Assembly: GCA_964460145.1 (NCBI GenBank)
Contig: CAYWPH010000003.1
Location: 1 to 48,184 of the forward strand
Source: an uncultured Gammaproteobacteria bacterium
GTDB lineage: Bacteria > Patescibacteriota > Microgenomatia > Levybacterales > UBA12049
Length of the DNA: 48,184 bases
Reading direction: 5' to 3'
Shown: positions 25,481 to 32,554 of the stretch, piece by piece
Numbering within the stretch: the first letter of the stretch is position 1
How the letters are laid out: every line of letters starts with the position of its first letter
Notes under the pieces: generated by a model
Databases searched by the model: none
Seen by the model: the letters and a program-made list of their open reading frames with translations, nothing else
What the model was told of the DNA's origin: nothing
Position numbers and translations under genes: made by a program

Positions 25481-27316
25481 TTATTTTTTTTGTCCTCGAA
25501 GCCTTTTTATAAAGTCTAAGAGGTCGAAAGACCCTTCTTGTGGTATCTCTGCTCCGGAAAAAAATAAAGCCAAAATTTTTGCCCAGTTTTTAGGGTATTG
25601 TTCTTGTAATGCTTGAAATCTTTCTTGATCAGCCATTCCAGCTTTGTCTAAAATTGCATCAATTTGTGTTTTTAGATCTTCGTCATTTCGTGCACTTTGA
25701 TTAACAGAAGTTTCTACGTGTTGCATCCAATTATATCTTTCCATAATACTTTGGTCTTCGACCGAAATCTCCTCTCCATTATCGAGACGTCTTGTTATTA
25801 AATTTACTAAATATTCTGATGTTGCATGAGCTGCAAAGTCGGGATCTGTATTAAGTCTTTTTCGTATTCTTACAACTTCAGCGTCGGCTTTTTCTCTTTG
25901 TTCCGTAGTGCTGAAAGCGGTTATGTTTCTTGTAATCTGCTCTGTAAACAAAAGTTCAACTTGAGCCAAGATGTTCCCACCGCTTGCCATAGCGTCTTTC
26001 CAATCTTTCTTAATTACATCTGGCTTACTTTCAATAGTTGATTTGCCGTCTGCGGCAGTTACGACTTCGTCCCATCTTGAGCCGAGCGCCTCATAAAGAA
26101 TTTTGTCATCTTCGTTTTCCGCAGTTTTTGCTTTTTCGGTTATTAATTCTTTGTGTAATTTCGCTCTATCGTCAACATCCTTATTGAGCGCCCTATTGCC
26201 AGCTTGGGTAATTATTCTTTCAATAACAGCAACAGTGTTCATTTCCCTTGCTCGCCTCTTTTGAATTAATGGATTAATCTCTGAATCTAGTAACGCTGAT
26301 TCAATAATTACAGCCTGCTGTCTCTGTGTTCGTTTTGCCATCTCAGCATTTAAGCTTGCTATTTCTTTAGGAAGATTCTTTTTCTGGTCTTTCATTCGGT
26401 CATATTCTGCTTGAGCATCCTCAAGTCTCATTAATTCCTTAACCTCTAATTCTTTAGGGTCAGTAATAATCTTTCCATCTTGCTCTCTTTGTCTAATAGA
26501 TTGTCTGGCTAGCTCAAGCCTTACTTTGTCTTTTCCATAAAAAGCAGTAAGCTCTATTCTTAACTGGGCCTCTCTTGCGCTATTAATACCTGCCTCAGCT
26601 AATGCCATTTCGTTGAAAAGTTGGCCTGCTGGTGTGCCAGCTGACTTGTCTTCTGGATTATATTTATCTAAGGTTTCCTGCAGTACTCTTAATTGGGCAG
26701 TAATATCGTCAATCTCTGCTGCCAGGTTCGTACTCTCTGCTTGCTTTGCTTCCCTCTCTCTCTTTTTAGCTGCTAAGGTTTTATCTTCATCTGTTTCGGG
26801 GTCTGCTTCAGGACCTAGCCTTTCTTTAAGTAAAGCAGCTATTATTATTCTTACTTCTTTTCTCCCTAATTCTAATCTTGCTATTGCTTCCTTTTCATCA
26901 GGAAAAAGACCTTTAAAACCTTCTCTAAGATTTAAGACATTGGTAACATAATTAGCTATAATTACATCTTGCCTGCCTGGTTCAGTAATTCCATCAATGC
27001 CTTGCTCTGCAATTATTTTTGCCTCTTTAGCAGCTCGTTCAGCATCAGGTCTTAGATCAGTAAGGCCAGTTTCTGGTGCTAAAATTCTTCTTCCGATTTC
27101 TCTCTCAACATCAATACTGGATAATTCGCTCAGTTCTTCCGGGGTTCTTAATGCTGCGTATGGGTCAGTTGCCTTAGTTGCTTCATATCTTAATCTAAGT
27201 TCTTTTGCTTCATCTCTTTGGGCTTGCTCTGCGGCGTTTATCCCTAGTGGAATTGCTGTTTCTGGAACGTAAGATTTAGCCACTACTTCTACTTTTGCTT
27301 GTGCATCTGGGTTCAT
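25481..27316 (-). CDS. 611-aa charged, coiled-coil-rich soluble ORFan
   Basis: Long ORF rich in E/A/R/K. I noticed no Cys, no TM and no signal peptide. Heptad-like stretches (REREAKQAESTNLAAEIDDITAQLRVLQETL). Starts 1 nt after the stop of the upstream 116-aa gene. Confidence 0.55.
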   Translation of the reverse strand: MNPDAQAKVEVVAKSYVPETAIPLGINAAEQAQRDEAKELRLRYEATKATDPYAALRTPEELSELSSIDVEREIGRRILAPETGLTDLRPDAERAAKEAKIIAEQGIDGITEPGRQDVIIANYVTNVLNLREGFKGLFPDEKEAIARLELGRKEVRIIIAALLKERLGPEADPETDEDKTLAAKKREREAKQAESTNLAAEIDDITAQLRVLQETLDKYNPEDKSAGTPAGQLFNEMALAEAGINSAREAQLRIELTAFYGKDKVRLELARQSIRQREQDGKIITDPKELEVKELMRLEDAQAEYDRMKDQKKNLPKEIASLNAEMAKRTQRQQAVIIESALLDSEINPLIQKRRAREMNTVAVIERIITQAGNRALNKDVDDRAKLHKELITEKAKTAENEDDKILYEALGSRWDEVVTAADGKSTIESKPDVIKKDWKDAMASGGNILAQVELLFTEQITRNITAFSTTEQREKADAEVVRIRKRLNTDPDFAAHATSEYLVNLITRRLDNGEEISVEDQSIMERYNWMQHVETSVNQSARNDEDLKTQIDAILDKAGMADQERFQALQEQYPKNWAKILALFFSGAEIPQEGSFDLLDFIKRLRGQKK

Positions 27317-27317
27317 A

Positions 27318-27668
27318 TTATTGATCGTTGATATTCTTAACTATTCGTCTTGCCGCTTCCAAAGCTTCATCTATTTTCCCCTCCTGCGTAAGATCTTCAA
27401 TCTGTTCAATAGCTTTATTTTCTTCTATTTTTTTGACTTCTCCATCTTCGAGCGTTAATACAAAAGAAAATATGCTCCAATTAGCTGTGAGCTCACGTAA
27501 AAAAATAACTAAGTCATGATGGGTTTGAATGCTTGGGTCTTTTTCCAAAATAAACTTGGAAATTGCATCAAAATCAGCCTTTTTAATCTCTAGTTTTTCA
27601 TAGGCAGTAAGAAGAGTTTCCATAATTCTTCTTTGTACTTCTTTCTTGTGTTCAATTGATAGATCCAT
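27318..27668 (-). CDS. Small acidic protein (116 aa from ATG 27668; the ORF track extends to TTG 27683)
   Basis: Acidic, helical (MDLSIEHKKEVQRRIMETLLTAYEKLEIKK...). A promoter hexamer pair upstream favours the ATG at 27668. Confidence 0.5.
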   Translation of the reverse strand: MDLSIEHKKEVQRRIMETLLTAYEKLEIKKADFDAISKFILEKDPSIQTHHDLVIFLRELTANWSIFSFVLTLEDGEVKKIEENKAIEQIEDLTQEGKIDEALEAARRIVKNINDQ

Positions 27669-27674
27669 AACTTC

Positions 27675-27703
27675 ATTATTCAATGTTACGGTTTATATGT
27701 CAA
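27675..27703 (-). promoter_or_regulatory. Sigma70-like promoter giving a leaderless 116-aa gene
   Basis: Minus strand: TTGACA (27703..27698), 17 nt, AATAAT (27680..27675), 6 nt, ATG 27668. Confidence 0.45.
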
Positions 27704-27715
27704 GTAAAATGGATC

Positions 27716-28261
27716 CTATTTCTTTTTCTTCTCTGTTTCAAGTGGAAAATTTGTAGACAGCCAATCAGCACTTTTTTCCATAAATGTGGGTTTTACATAT
27801 TCCCTGTAGGGAAGATAGGGTGTTAAGATGCTTAAAAGCTTTTCCTTATCTACATTTTCAAGAGTTAAGACCAATTCTCCGGGCAGAAAGCTTTCTGTTC
27901 TAATTCTTAAAGTTTCAATCCCATAAGCTTTAATAAAGTAAAAATCATAGAGCTCTTTCCATAAGAAAAATCTGTCTTCAATCATAATTCCCTCATTTGA
28001 AATTCTATAATGAAAATCCTTTGGGGCTACAGAGGCCAAAGCAAAAGAGACAAAAACCAAAGAAACAACAACGATCATTAAAAGGTATTGTCCAAAAAGA
28101 AATAAAATTACTTCTATAAAAAGAGCAATTAAAATTGCAGTTAGATAAAACTGTTTTGATCTTTGCTTAAATGGTCTTCCTGGAGCGCTCCATTCTAAAA
28201 CATGAGTATTTTCATGATGCTCTGCATGATGAGCTGGATGTTGTTTTTTGTCTTCGGGCAT
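27716..28261 (-). CDS. Two-TM membrane protein with a His-rich N-terminus and a PH-like C-terminal domain
   Basis: 181 aa with an N-terminal HPAHHAEHHENTH stretch, two adjacent TMs, then a ~100-aa soluble domain. No enzyme motif. Confidence 0.4.
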   Translation of the reverse strand: MPEDKKQHPAHHAEHHENTHVLEWSAPGRPFKQRSKQFYLTAILIALFIEVILFLFGQYLLMIVVVSLVFVSFALASVAPKDFHYRISNEGIMIEDRFFLWKELYDFYFIKAYGIETLRIRTESFLPGELVLTLENVDKEKLLSILTPYLPYREYVKPTFMEKSADWLSTNFPLETEKKKK

Positions 28262-28267
28262 AATTTA

Positions 28268-28296
28268 ACTTTAGAGGATTAAAAAAAATAAGTCAA
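28268..28296 (-). promoter_or_regulatory. Sigma70-like promoter of the 181-aa gene
   Basis: Minus strand: TTGACT (28296..28291), 17 nt, TAAAGT (28273..28268), 6 nt, ATG 28261. The -35 lies in a perfect 7-bp inverted repeat, AAGTCAA-N6-TTGACTT (28290..28309). Confidence 0.4.
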
Positions 28297-28354
28297 ATAA
28301 AATTGACTTTAAAAACTGGTAATTAGCCTTAAGTTTAAGTATAATATAATTTAA

Positions 28355-28441
28355 GGAGAGGTCGTATAGCGGACTAGTACGGCGGTTTTGAAAACCGCTA
28401 AGAACGCAAGTTCTTCGTGGGTTCGAATCCCACCCTCTCCG
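28355..28441 (+). tRNA. tRNA-Ser(UGA)
   Basis: Acceptor GGAGAGG/CCTCTCC, anticodon arm GCGGT-TTTGAAA-ACCGC, long variable arm, T arm GTGGG-TTCGAAT-CCCAC. CCA is not encoded. Confidence 0.85.
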
Positions 28442-28448
28442 CACCTCG

Positions 28449-28889
28449 ATGAAAATTAGACATAAAAACATCGTAGCCTCATATTTAGTTTTAATAAAAG
28501 ACAATAAGGTACTGCTTTGCGAAAGACAAAATACAGGTTATAGTGACGGTGATTACAGCGTAATAGCGGGTCACTTGGAACCAGGAGAAACCTTTACAAA
28601 AGCGGTTATTAGAGAAGCAAAAGAAGAAGCGGGAATAGATTTGGATCAAGACAAGTTAGTTATTGTGCACATCCAGCATTGCAAGTCAGATATAAATACA
28701 TCAGAGCGTGTACACGTATATTTTACTGCCAAGAAATGGAAGGGGAACATAATCAACAAGGAGCCAGAGAAATGTAAGCATTTCAAATGGTTTGATTTTA
28801 ATCATTTGCCTTCTAATATGGTTCTTCATGTTCGCGAGGCTATTTTAAATATAAAAAAGAATGTGTTTTATTCAGAGCAGGGTTGGTAA
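28449..28889 (+). CDS. NUDIX hydrolase (MutT-like)
   Basis: 146 aa with a canonical Nudix box (GHLEPGETFTKAVIREAKEEAGI). The ATG begins 8 nt after the tRNA-Ser(UGA) discriminator base. Confidence 0.8.
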   Translation: MKIRHKNIVASYLVLIKDNKVLLCERQNTGYSDGDYSVIAGHLEPGETFTKAVIREAKEEAGIDLDQDKLVIVHIQHCKSDINTSERVHVYFTAKKWKGNIINKEPEKCKHFKWFDFNHLPSNMVLHVREAILNIKKNVFYSEQGW

Positions 28890-28936
28890 GTAATTAATTC
28901 GGATATTTTCAAACAGACACCGCCATGCCAAGTCGC

Positions 28937-28965
28937 TTGACGAGAACAATAATATGTGCTATACA
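28937..28965 (+). promoter_or_regulatory. Sigma70-like promoter of the vapB-like gene
   Basis: TTGACG (28937..28942), 17 nt, TATACA (28960..28965), 8 nt, ATG 28974. Confidence 0.45.
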
Positions 28966-28973
28966 TTAGACAT

Positions 28974-29207
28974 ATGATACGAACACAAGTTTATCTACCA
29001 GAACAGTTATATCAAGAAATTAATCTTGTTTCAAAAAAGGAGAAAAAACCAGCAGCACAGGTTGTGCGCGAACTGCTCGAAGAAGGACTGTTGATTAAGA
29101 AGAAAGGTAACAATATTGGTAAAGCGCTTATTGCTCTTTCTAAAGTCAATGCGCGTGGGCCCAAAGATTTATCGAATAAAATCGATGACTATCTTTATGC
29201 AGAATAA
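28974..29207 (+). CDS. Ribbon-helix-helix antitoxin (VapB-like)
   Basis: 77 aa from ATG 28974 (MIRTQVYLPEQLYQEINLVSKKEKKPAAQVVRELLEEGL), a CopG/RHH pattern. Overlaps the PIN gene by 11 nt. Confidence 0.65.
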   Translation: MIRTQVYLPEQLYQEINLVSKKEKKPAAQVVRELLEEGLLIKKKGNNIGKALIALSKVNARGPKDLSNKIDDYLYAE

Positions 29208-29616
29208 AAACTCAATTATAGCTGATTCAAGCGGGCTCATTTCTCTTGCCTCATCCACCGATCAAAATCATCAAAAAGCCTTGGATATAAGTCAGGAATT
29301 GCTTCAAGCAAAAGGGTCGATTATCATTCCAAGTGATGTGTTTAGCGAAACCCTTAATGTCGCTGGAAAAAAACTTGGACATTCTGCTGCGGTTGGTACA
29401 GCAGAAACATTATTCACGACAAGCCCATTCGTAATCGTTGATTCAGATGAAAAAATACGAGAACACGCGTTCTCGCTTTTTAAAAAGCAGCCAGAATCAG
29501 TAAGTTTCACTGATTGTATTGTTATGGCAACTGCGGATCGTTATAAAACAAAAGAAATCTTCGGATTTGATAAGATTTTCAGCAAAAATGGATATAATCG
29601 TATCGGCTTAGATTAA
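29197..29616 (+). CDS. PIN-domain toxin (VapC-like)
   Basis: 139 aa from ATG 29197 (MQNKNSIIADSSGLISL). Conserved acidic positions are present (D near the N-terminus, FTDCIVMATADRY near the C-terminus). Confidence 0.65.
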   Translation: MQNKNSIIADSSGLISLASSTDQNHQKALDISQELLQAKGSIIIPSDVFSETLNVAGKKLGHSAAVGTAETLFTTSPFVIVDSDEKIREHAFSLFKKQPESVSFTDCIVMATADRYKTKEIFGFDKIFSKNGYNRIGLD

Positions 29617-29689
29617 TATGTAGGACTCTGTGCCCAAAAAGTTCGAACGTCATCTACGACACTCAAATTTTTAATAGAAGACAATAAGC

Positions 29690-30193
29690 TTAAACTCTTA
29701 AGTAGTATCCGACAGCAACACCTACGATTGTAGCAACTGAACCTATGATAAACAACTCAATGGCACTTCTTAGGGGTCTATGTTCTACAAGATGACCTTT
29801 TATATAACCAATAATGAAAAGCCCTACAAACGATGAAATAATTGCAAGGATTCTGGCAATTGGCTGATCAAAGATAAGTGTGGGAATTATAGAGAAAGAT
29901 CCTCCTATTAAATATGCAACAAACATAATGAGATCTCCAATATAAAGATTATCGGTATGTTTTCCCGTTTTATCCATTTGATGCACTGCCTTTTCACTTG
30001 AATATTGTCCGGCTGCCATTGATGAGGCCTCAACCATAACTGCAACTAATGCTGCCAAGACTATAATGTCTTTGTTATTTACTCCCGTAGATATTCCAAC
30101 GACAACTCCAGTAGTTGAGACTATTCCATCCTGAAGGCCAAACATTAGAGAGCGGAGATAGTCTTCGTGTAGAAAGGTTTTAATTCTTTGCAT
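29690..30193 (-). CDS. VIT1/CCC1-family iron/manganese transporter
   Basis: 167 aa with the FGLQDGIVSTTGVVVGIS motif and about 5 TMs. Confidence 0.6.
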   Translation of the reverse strand: MQRIKTFLHEDYLRSLMFGLQDGIVSTTGVVVGISTGVNNKDIIVLAALVAVMVEASSMAAGQYSSEKAVHQMDKTGKHTDNLYIGDLIMFVAYLIGGSFSIIPTLIFDQPIARILAIISSFVGLFIIGYIKGHLVEHRPLRSAIELFIIGSVATIVGVAVGYYLRV

Positions 30194-30197
30194 ATTT

Positions 30198-30288
30198 TGG
30201 CGGAGGAGGTGAGATTTGAACTCACGCGAGCTTATTCAGCTCAGGAATTTAGCAAACTCCCGCAATGGACCAACTATGCGACTCCTCC
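30198..30288 (-). tRNA. tRNA-Ser(GCU)
   Basis: Minus strand: acceptor GGAGGAG/CTCCTCC, anticodon arm GGAGT-TTGCTAA-ATTCC, long variable arm, T arm GTGAG-TTCAAAT-CTCAC. CCA is encoded. Confidence 0.85.
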
Positions 30289-30314
30289 ATGAATTTAATT
30301 ATATCACTTGGAAG

Positions 30315-30875
30315 CTAAATTTGATATTCAAAGATTTGTGCGGGAATATATTCGTAAGAACACATTTGATCAATACTTAAATGTTCAAAATATCTTCTCA
30401 TTGGTCTTATTGAATTCCCATGGGCTGAGACAAAAATAACGTCATCACTTTTCCAAGTAGGAACAACTTCTTCTAGAAAATCCAAAACCCTAACTTCAAC
30501 GTCTTTTATGCTTTCTCCATTTGGGGGAGCAACATCATAGCTTCTGTGCCAAAGTAGATAATCTTTCGGATCTAATCTTGCTATCTCATCTTTATTAAAC
30601 CCAGTTAAATCTCCATAATCTCTTTCTTTAATTCTTGAGTCTGTGATTATTTCTACATTTGGATGAAAACCTTTTAAGACAATTTCCAATGTCTGCTTTG
30701 AGCGTACTTGGTCTGACTGGTAGGCTTTAGTAGGGGTTATATCTTTAAGTTTTTCGGCAATTTGTTTTACCTGTTCAATTCCTTTTTCGTCTAATTCTAC
30801 GTCTCTGATTCCTGAAAAATCGTGCTCCTTATTATCCTCTGTCTCTCCGTGTCTGAAAATATATATCTTTGCCAT
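30315..30875 (-). CDS. Histidine phosphatase family protein (phosphoglycerate-mutase-like)
   Basis: 186 aa with the IYIFRHGETEDN (RHG) motif and a downstream SAHGNSIR. Confidence 0.7.
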   Translation of the reverse strand: MAKIYIFRHGETEDNKEHDFSGIRDVELDEKGIEQVKQIAEKLKDITPTKAYQSDQVRSKQTLEIVLKGFHPNVEIITDSRIKERDYGDLTGFNKDEIARLDPKDYLLWHRSYDVAPPNGESIKDVEVRVLDFLEEVVPTWKSDDVIFVSAHGNSIRPMRRYFEHLSIDQMCSYEYIPAQIFEYQI

Positions 30876-30907
30876 ACGAAATTAGTATATAGTATTTAGT
30901 AGTTAGT

Positions 30908-31513
30908 ATGCTATCGGGAATTTTAGACTATATTTTTCCAAAAAGATGCGTTAATTGCAAAGCATTAGGAGATTATCTTTGTGCAAATTGTTTTAATTTT
31001 CTTTCGTTTGATACTAAAAGTTTGTGCTTAGTTTGTAAGAAACAAAGCCTGAATGGTTTAACACACAAGAATTGCAAAAAAAAATATACAATTGATGGTT
31101 GTTTTAGCGCAGTTAGGTATAATTACATAGCAAGAAAGCTAATTTATAACTTTAAAAATAAACCCTACATTTTAGATCTACAAAATTTTTTATCAGAACT
31201 TTTTTATGAAAGCCTTATTCAAAACGAAAGCTTTATGAAATTAATACAAAAAGATAAATGGGTTTTTGTGCCAATTGCATTACCCTCAAAAGAACATAGA
31301 AAAAGAGGATATAACCAATCCCAAATTTTAGCAAAAAAACTTGGTCAGAAATTTAAGATTAAAGTTTTAGATATTAATAAATTGGATAGGGACGTTTCTA
31401 ATATTTTTTTATAAGATGCGGTAGTTAAAACGGTTTTACCTTTAAGAAAGGCTGCTGAATTAGTTAAGAGAAATGGAGTTAAAAAAGTTTTTGAATTAAC
31501 ATTTGCAAGATAA
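30908..31513 (+). pseudogene. comFC: ComFC-like phosphoribosyltransferase with an in-frame TAA and an eroded PRPP motif
   Basis: N-terminal double zinc ribbon (CVNCKALGDYLCANCF...CLVCKK). The ORF stops at TAA 31412..31414, but the same frame continues as DAVVKTVLPLRKAAELVKRNGVKKVFELTFAR* to 31513. This corresponds to the ComF C-terminus, with the expected DDVVTTG reading *DAVVKTV. Confidence 0.6.
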
Positions 31514-31528
31514 TAACCTTTTTCAATT

Positions 31529-31559
31529 AAAAAACCCTGAGTATATGGTCAGGTTTTTT
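31529..31559. terminator. Weak bidirectional hairpin terminator
   Basis: An A-run, then CCTGA (31536..31540), an 8-nt loop, TCAGG (31549..31553) and TTTTTT. The core stem is only 5 bp. Confidence 0.3.
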
Positions 31560-31696
31560 GTGGACACAAGTCAAATATCTTGGAACCGAATTGAAGACTA
31601 TATTTTCAAATGGCACCCAATACTACAGGGAATGAGTCTGGCTTCGCTTTGAGGAATTTAAGTAGTTACCACAAGGGGATATTGGAACAGGTGATG

Positions 31697-32440
31697 TTAT
31701 CTTTGTGGAGTCGCAGCAACTCTAAATGCTCCTTCAAGACTTAAAGTATCAACGTGTCGCGGATGGGGAACATCAGCATAAAAAAGTACTTGAAGTGTGT
31801 TTCCCTGGGGTCTATCTACCCGAGGAGCCATTGATAAGGGTTGTTGTTCATCAAGAGACGAAGTATAAGGGTTAACCCTGTGCCCTCTATCAAAAATACC
31901 TCCGCTTCTTTTTGGATCAAAACCAAGGTCTGTAAAAAGTCCGACTTGCTTCGCCCATATGCCTCGTTCTCCAACGGGATTTATTCCTTTTAATCCGAGC
32001 GTGTCCTCTAGTGGGGGCCAATGTGTTCCTCCGAGTGTTAATAGTGGAGTTCCAGGATAAAGACCTGCCCGAATAGTTGCATACAACTCATTTTCTGAAT
32101 TTCCCCAACCTAAAAAGAAGCCTACTCTAGATGGAGTATCTGTTGGAAGTGCAAATTGAACTAATGGTTCTGCGTCAAGACCCCGAGCTAGTTCAAAGGG
32201 AGCAACACTTGCTTGTCCTGCATCATTAATTCTTACAGCAGCTAGCATGGTTTCGGTTCCATTGGGGTTTAGTCCGTGAGCAACTCCTTTATCATCAACG
32301 ATTACCGCTTCAAGTAACGTTCTTCTTACTTCTTTTTCCCCAGGTTCTCCAGGGACTAAAAGTCTTCTATAGTCCCCTTTAGGAATGGGTCCTAGCTCTC
32401 TTGTGGGGATTATGCCCACCACTTCAGCTTGTGCTGCCAT
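31697..32440 (-). CDS. 247-aa Arg/Gly/Pro-rich ORFan, a compositional outlier
   Basis: Long ORF with 18 Arg versus 6 Lys (my count), while neighbouring proteins are Lys-dominated. Locally higher G+C (~40% in two 60-nt samples I counted). Near-consensus promoter upstream. No motif I recognise. Confidence 0.6.
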   Translation of the reverse strand: MAAQAEVVGIIPTRELGPIPKGDYRRLLVPGEPGEKEVRRTLLEAVIVDDKGVAHGLNPNGTETMLAAVRINDAGQASVAPFELARGLDAEPLVQFALPTDTPSRVGFFLGWGNSENELYATIRAGLYPGTPLLTLGGTHWPPLEDTLGLKGINPVGERGIWAKQVGLFTDLGFDPKRSGGIFDRGHRVNPYTSSLDEQQPLSMAPRVDRPQGNTLQVLFYADVPHPRHVDTLSLEGAFRVAATPQR

Positions 32441-32448
32441 AGAAGGGG

Positions 32449-32478
32449 ATTATATAACGTAGTATTGGGATTTGTCAA
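32449..32478 (-). promoter_or_regulatory. Near-consensus sigma70 promoter of the 247-aa ORFan
   Basis: Minus strand: TTGACA (32478..32473), 18 nt, TATAAT (32454..32449), 8 nt, ATG 32440. Confidence 0.5.
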
Positions 32479-32523
32479 CTATAAGTTGCTTATGGGCAAA
32501 AGCAGACGCAAGACCACCTAATT

Positions 32524-32543
32524 TAGATTGACATATCAATCTA
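32524..32543 (-). terminator. Perfect 8-bp hairpin 12 nt downstream of the ssrA 3' end
   Basis: TAGATTGA-CATA-TCAATCTA. No U-tract follows on the minus strand, so a terminator or processing role is uncertain. Confidence 0.3.
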
Positions 32544-32554
32544 AACTTTATTTG

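Noticed and set aside
19057-27316. Higher G+C of the 1200-aa and 611-aa genes as evidence of horizontal transfer
   Set aside because: The shift tracks amino-acid composition (Glu/Ala/Arg/Gly-rich soluble proteins versus Ile/Leu/Phe/Lys-rich membrane proteins). It was judged by eye only and is not sufficient evidence without codon-level statistics.
28271-28504. 77-aa minus-strand ORF
   Set aside because: It overlaps tRNA-Ser(UGA) (28355..28441) and the start of the Nudix gene. Its central residues are simply the reverse translation of the tRNA.
31557-31564. Possible att-type direct repeat of the ssrA 3' end (TTTGTGGA at 31557 versus 32551) delimiting an island around the 247-aa ORFan
   Set aside because: Only about 8-10 nt match and the match does not extend into the tmRNA T-arm. 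This is too short to distinguish from chance by eye.
31545-31652. 35-aa ORF (MVRFFVDTSQISWNRIEDYIFKWHPILQGMSLASL) whose start faintly resembles a PIN-domain N-terminus
   Set aside because: Too short, with no partner antitoxin or remaining PIN motifs. It starts inside the terminator-like hairpin. At most it is a gene remnant.
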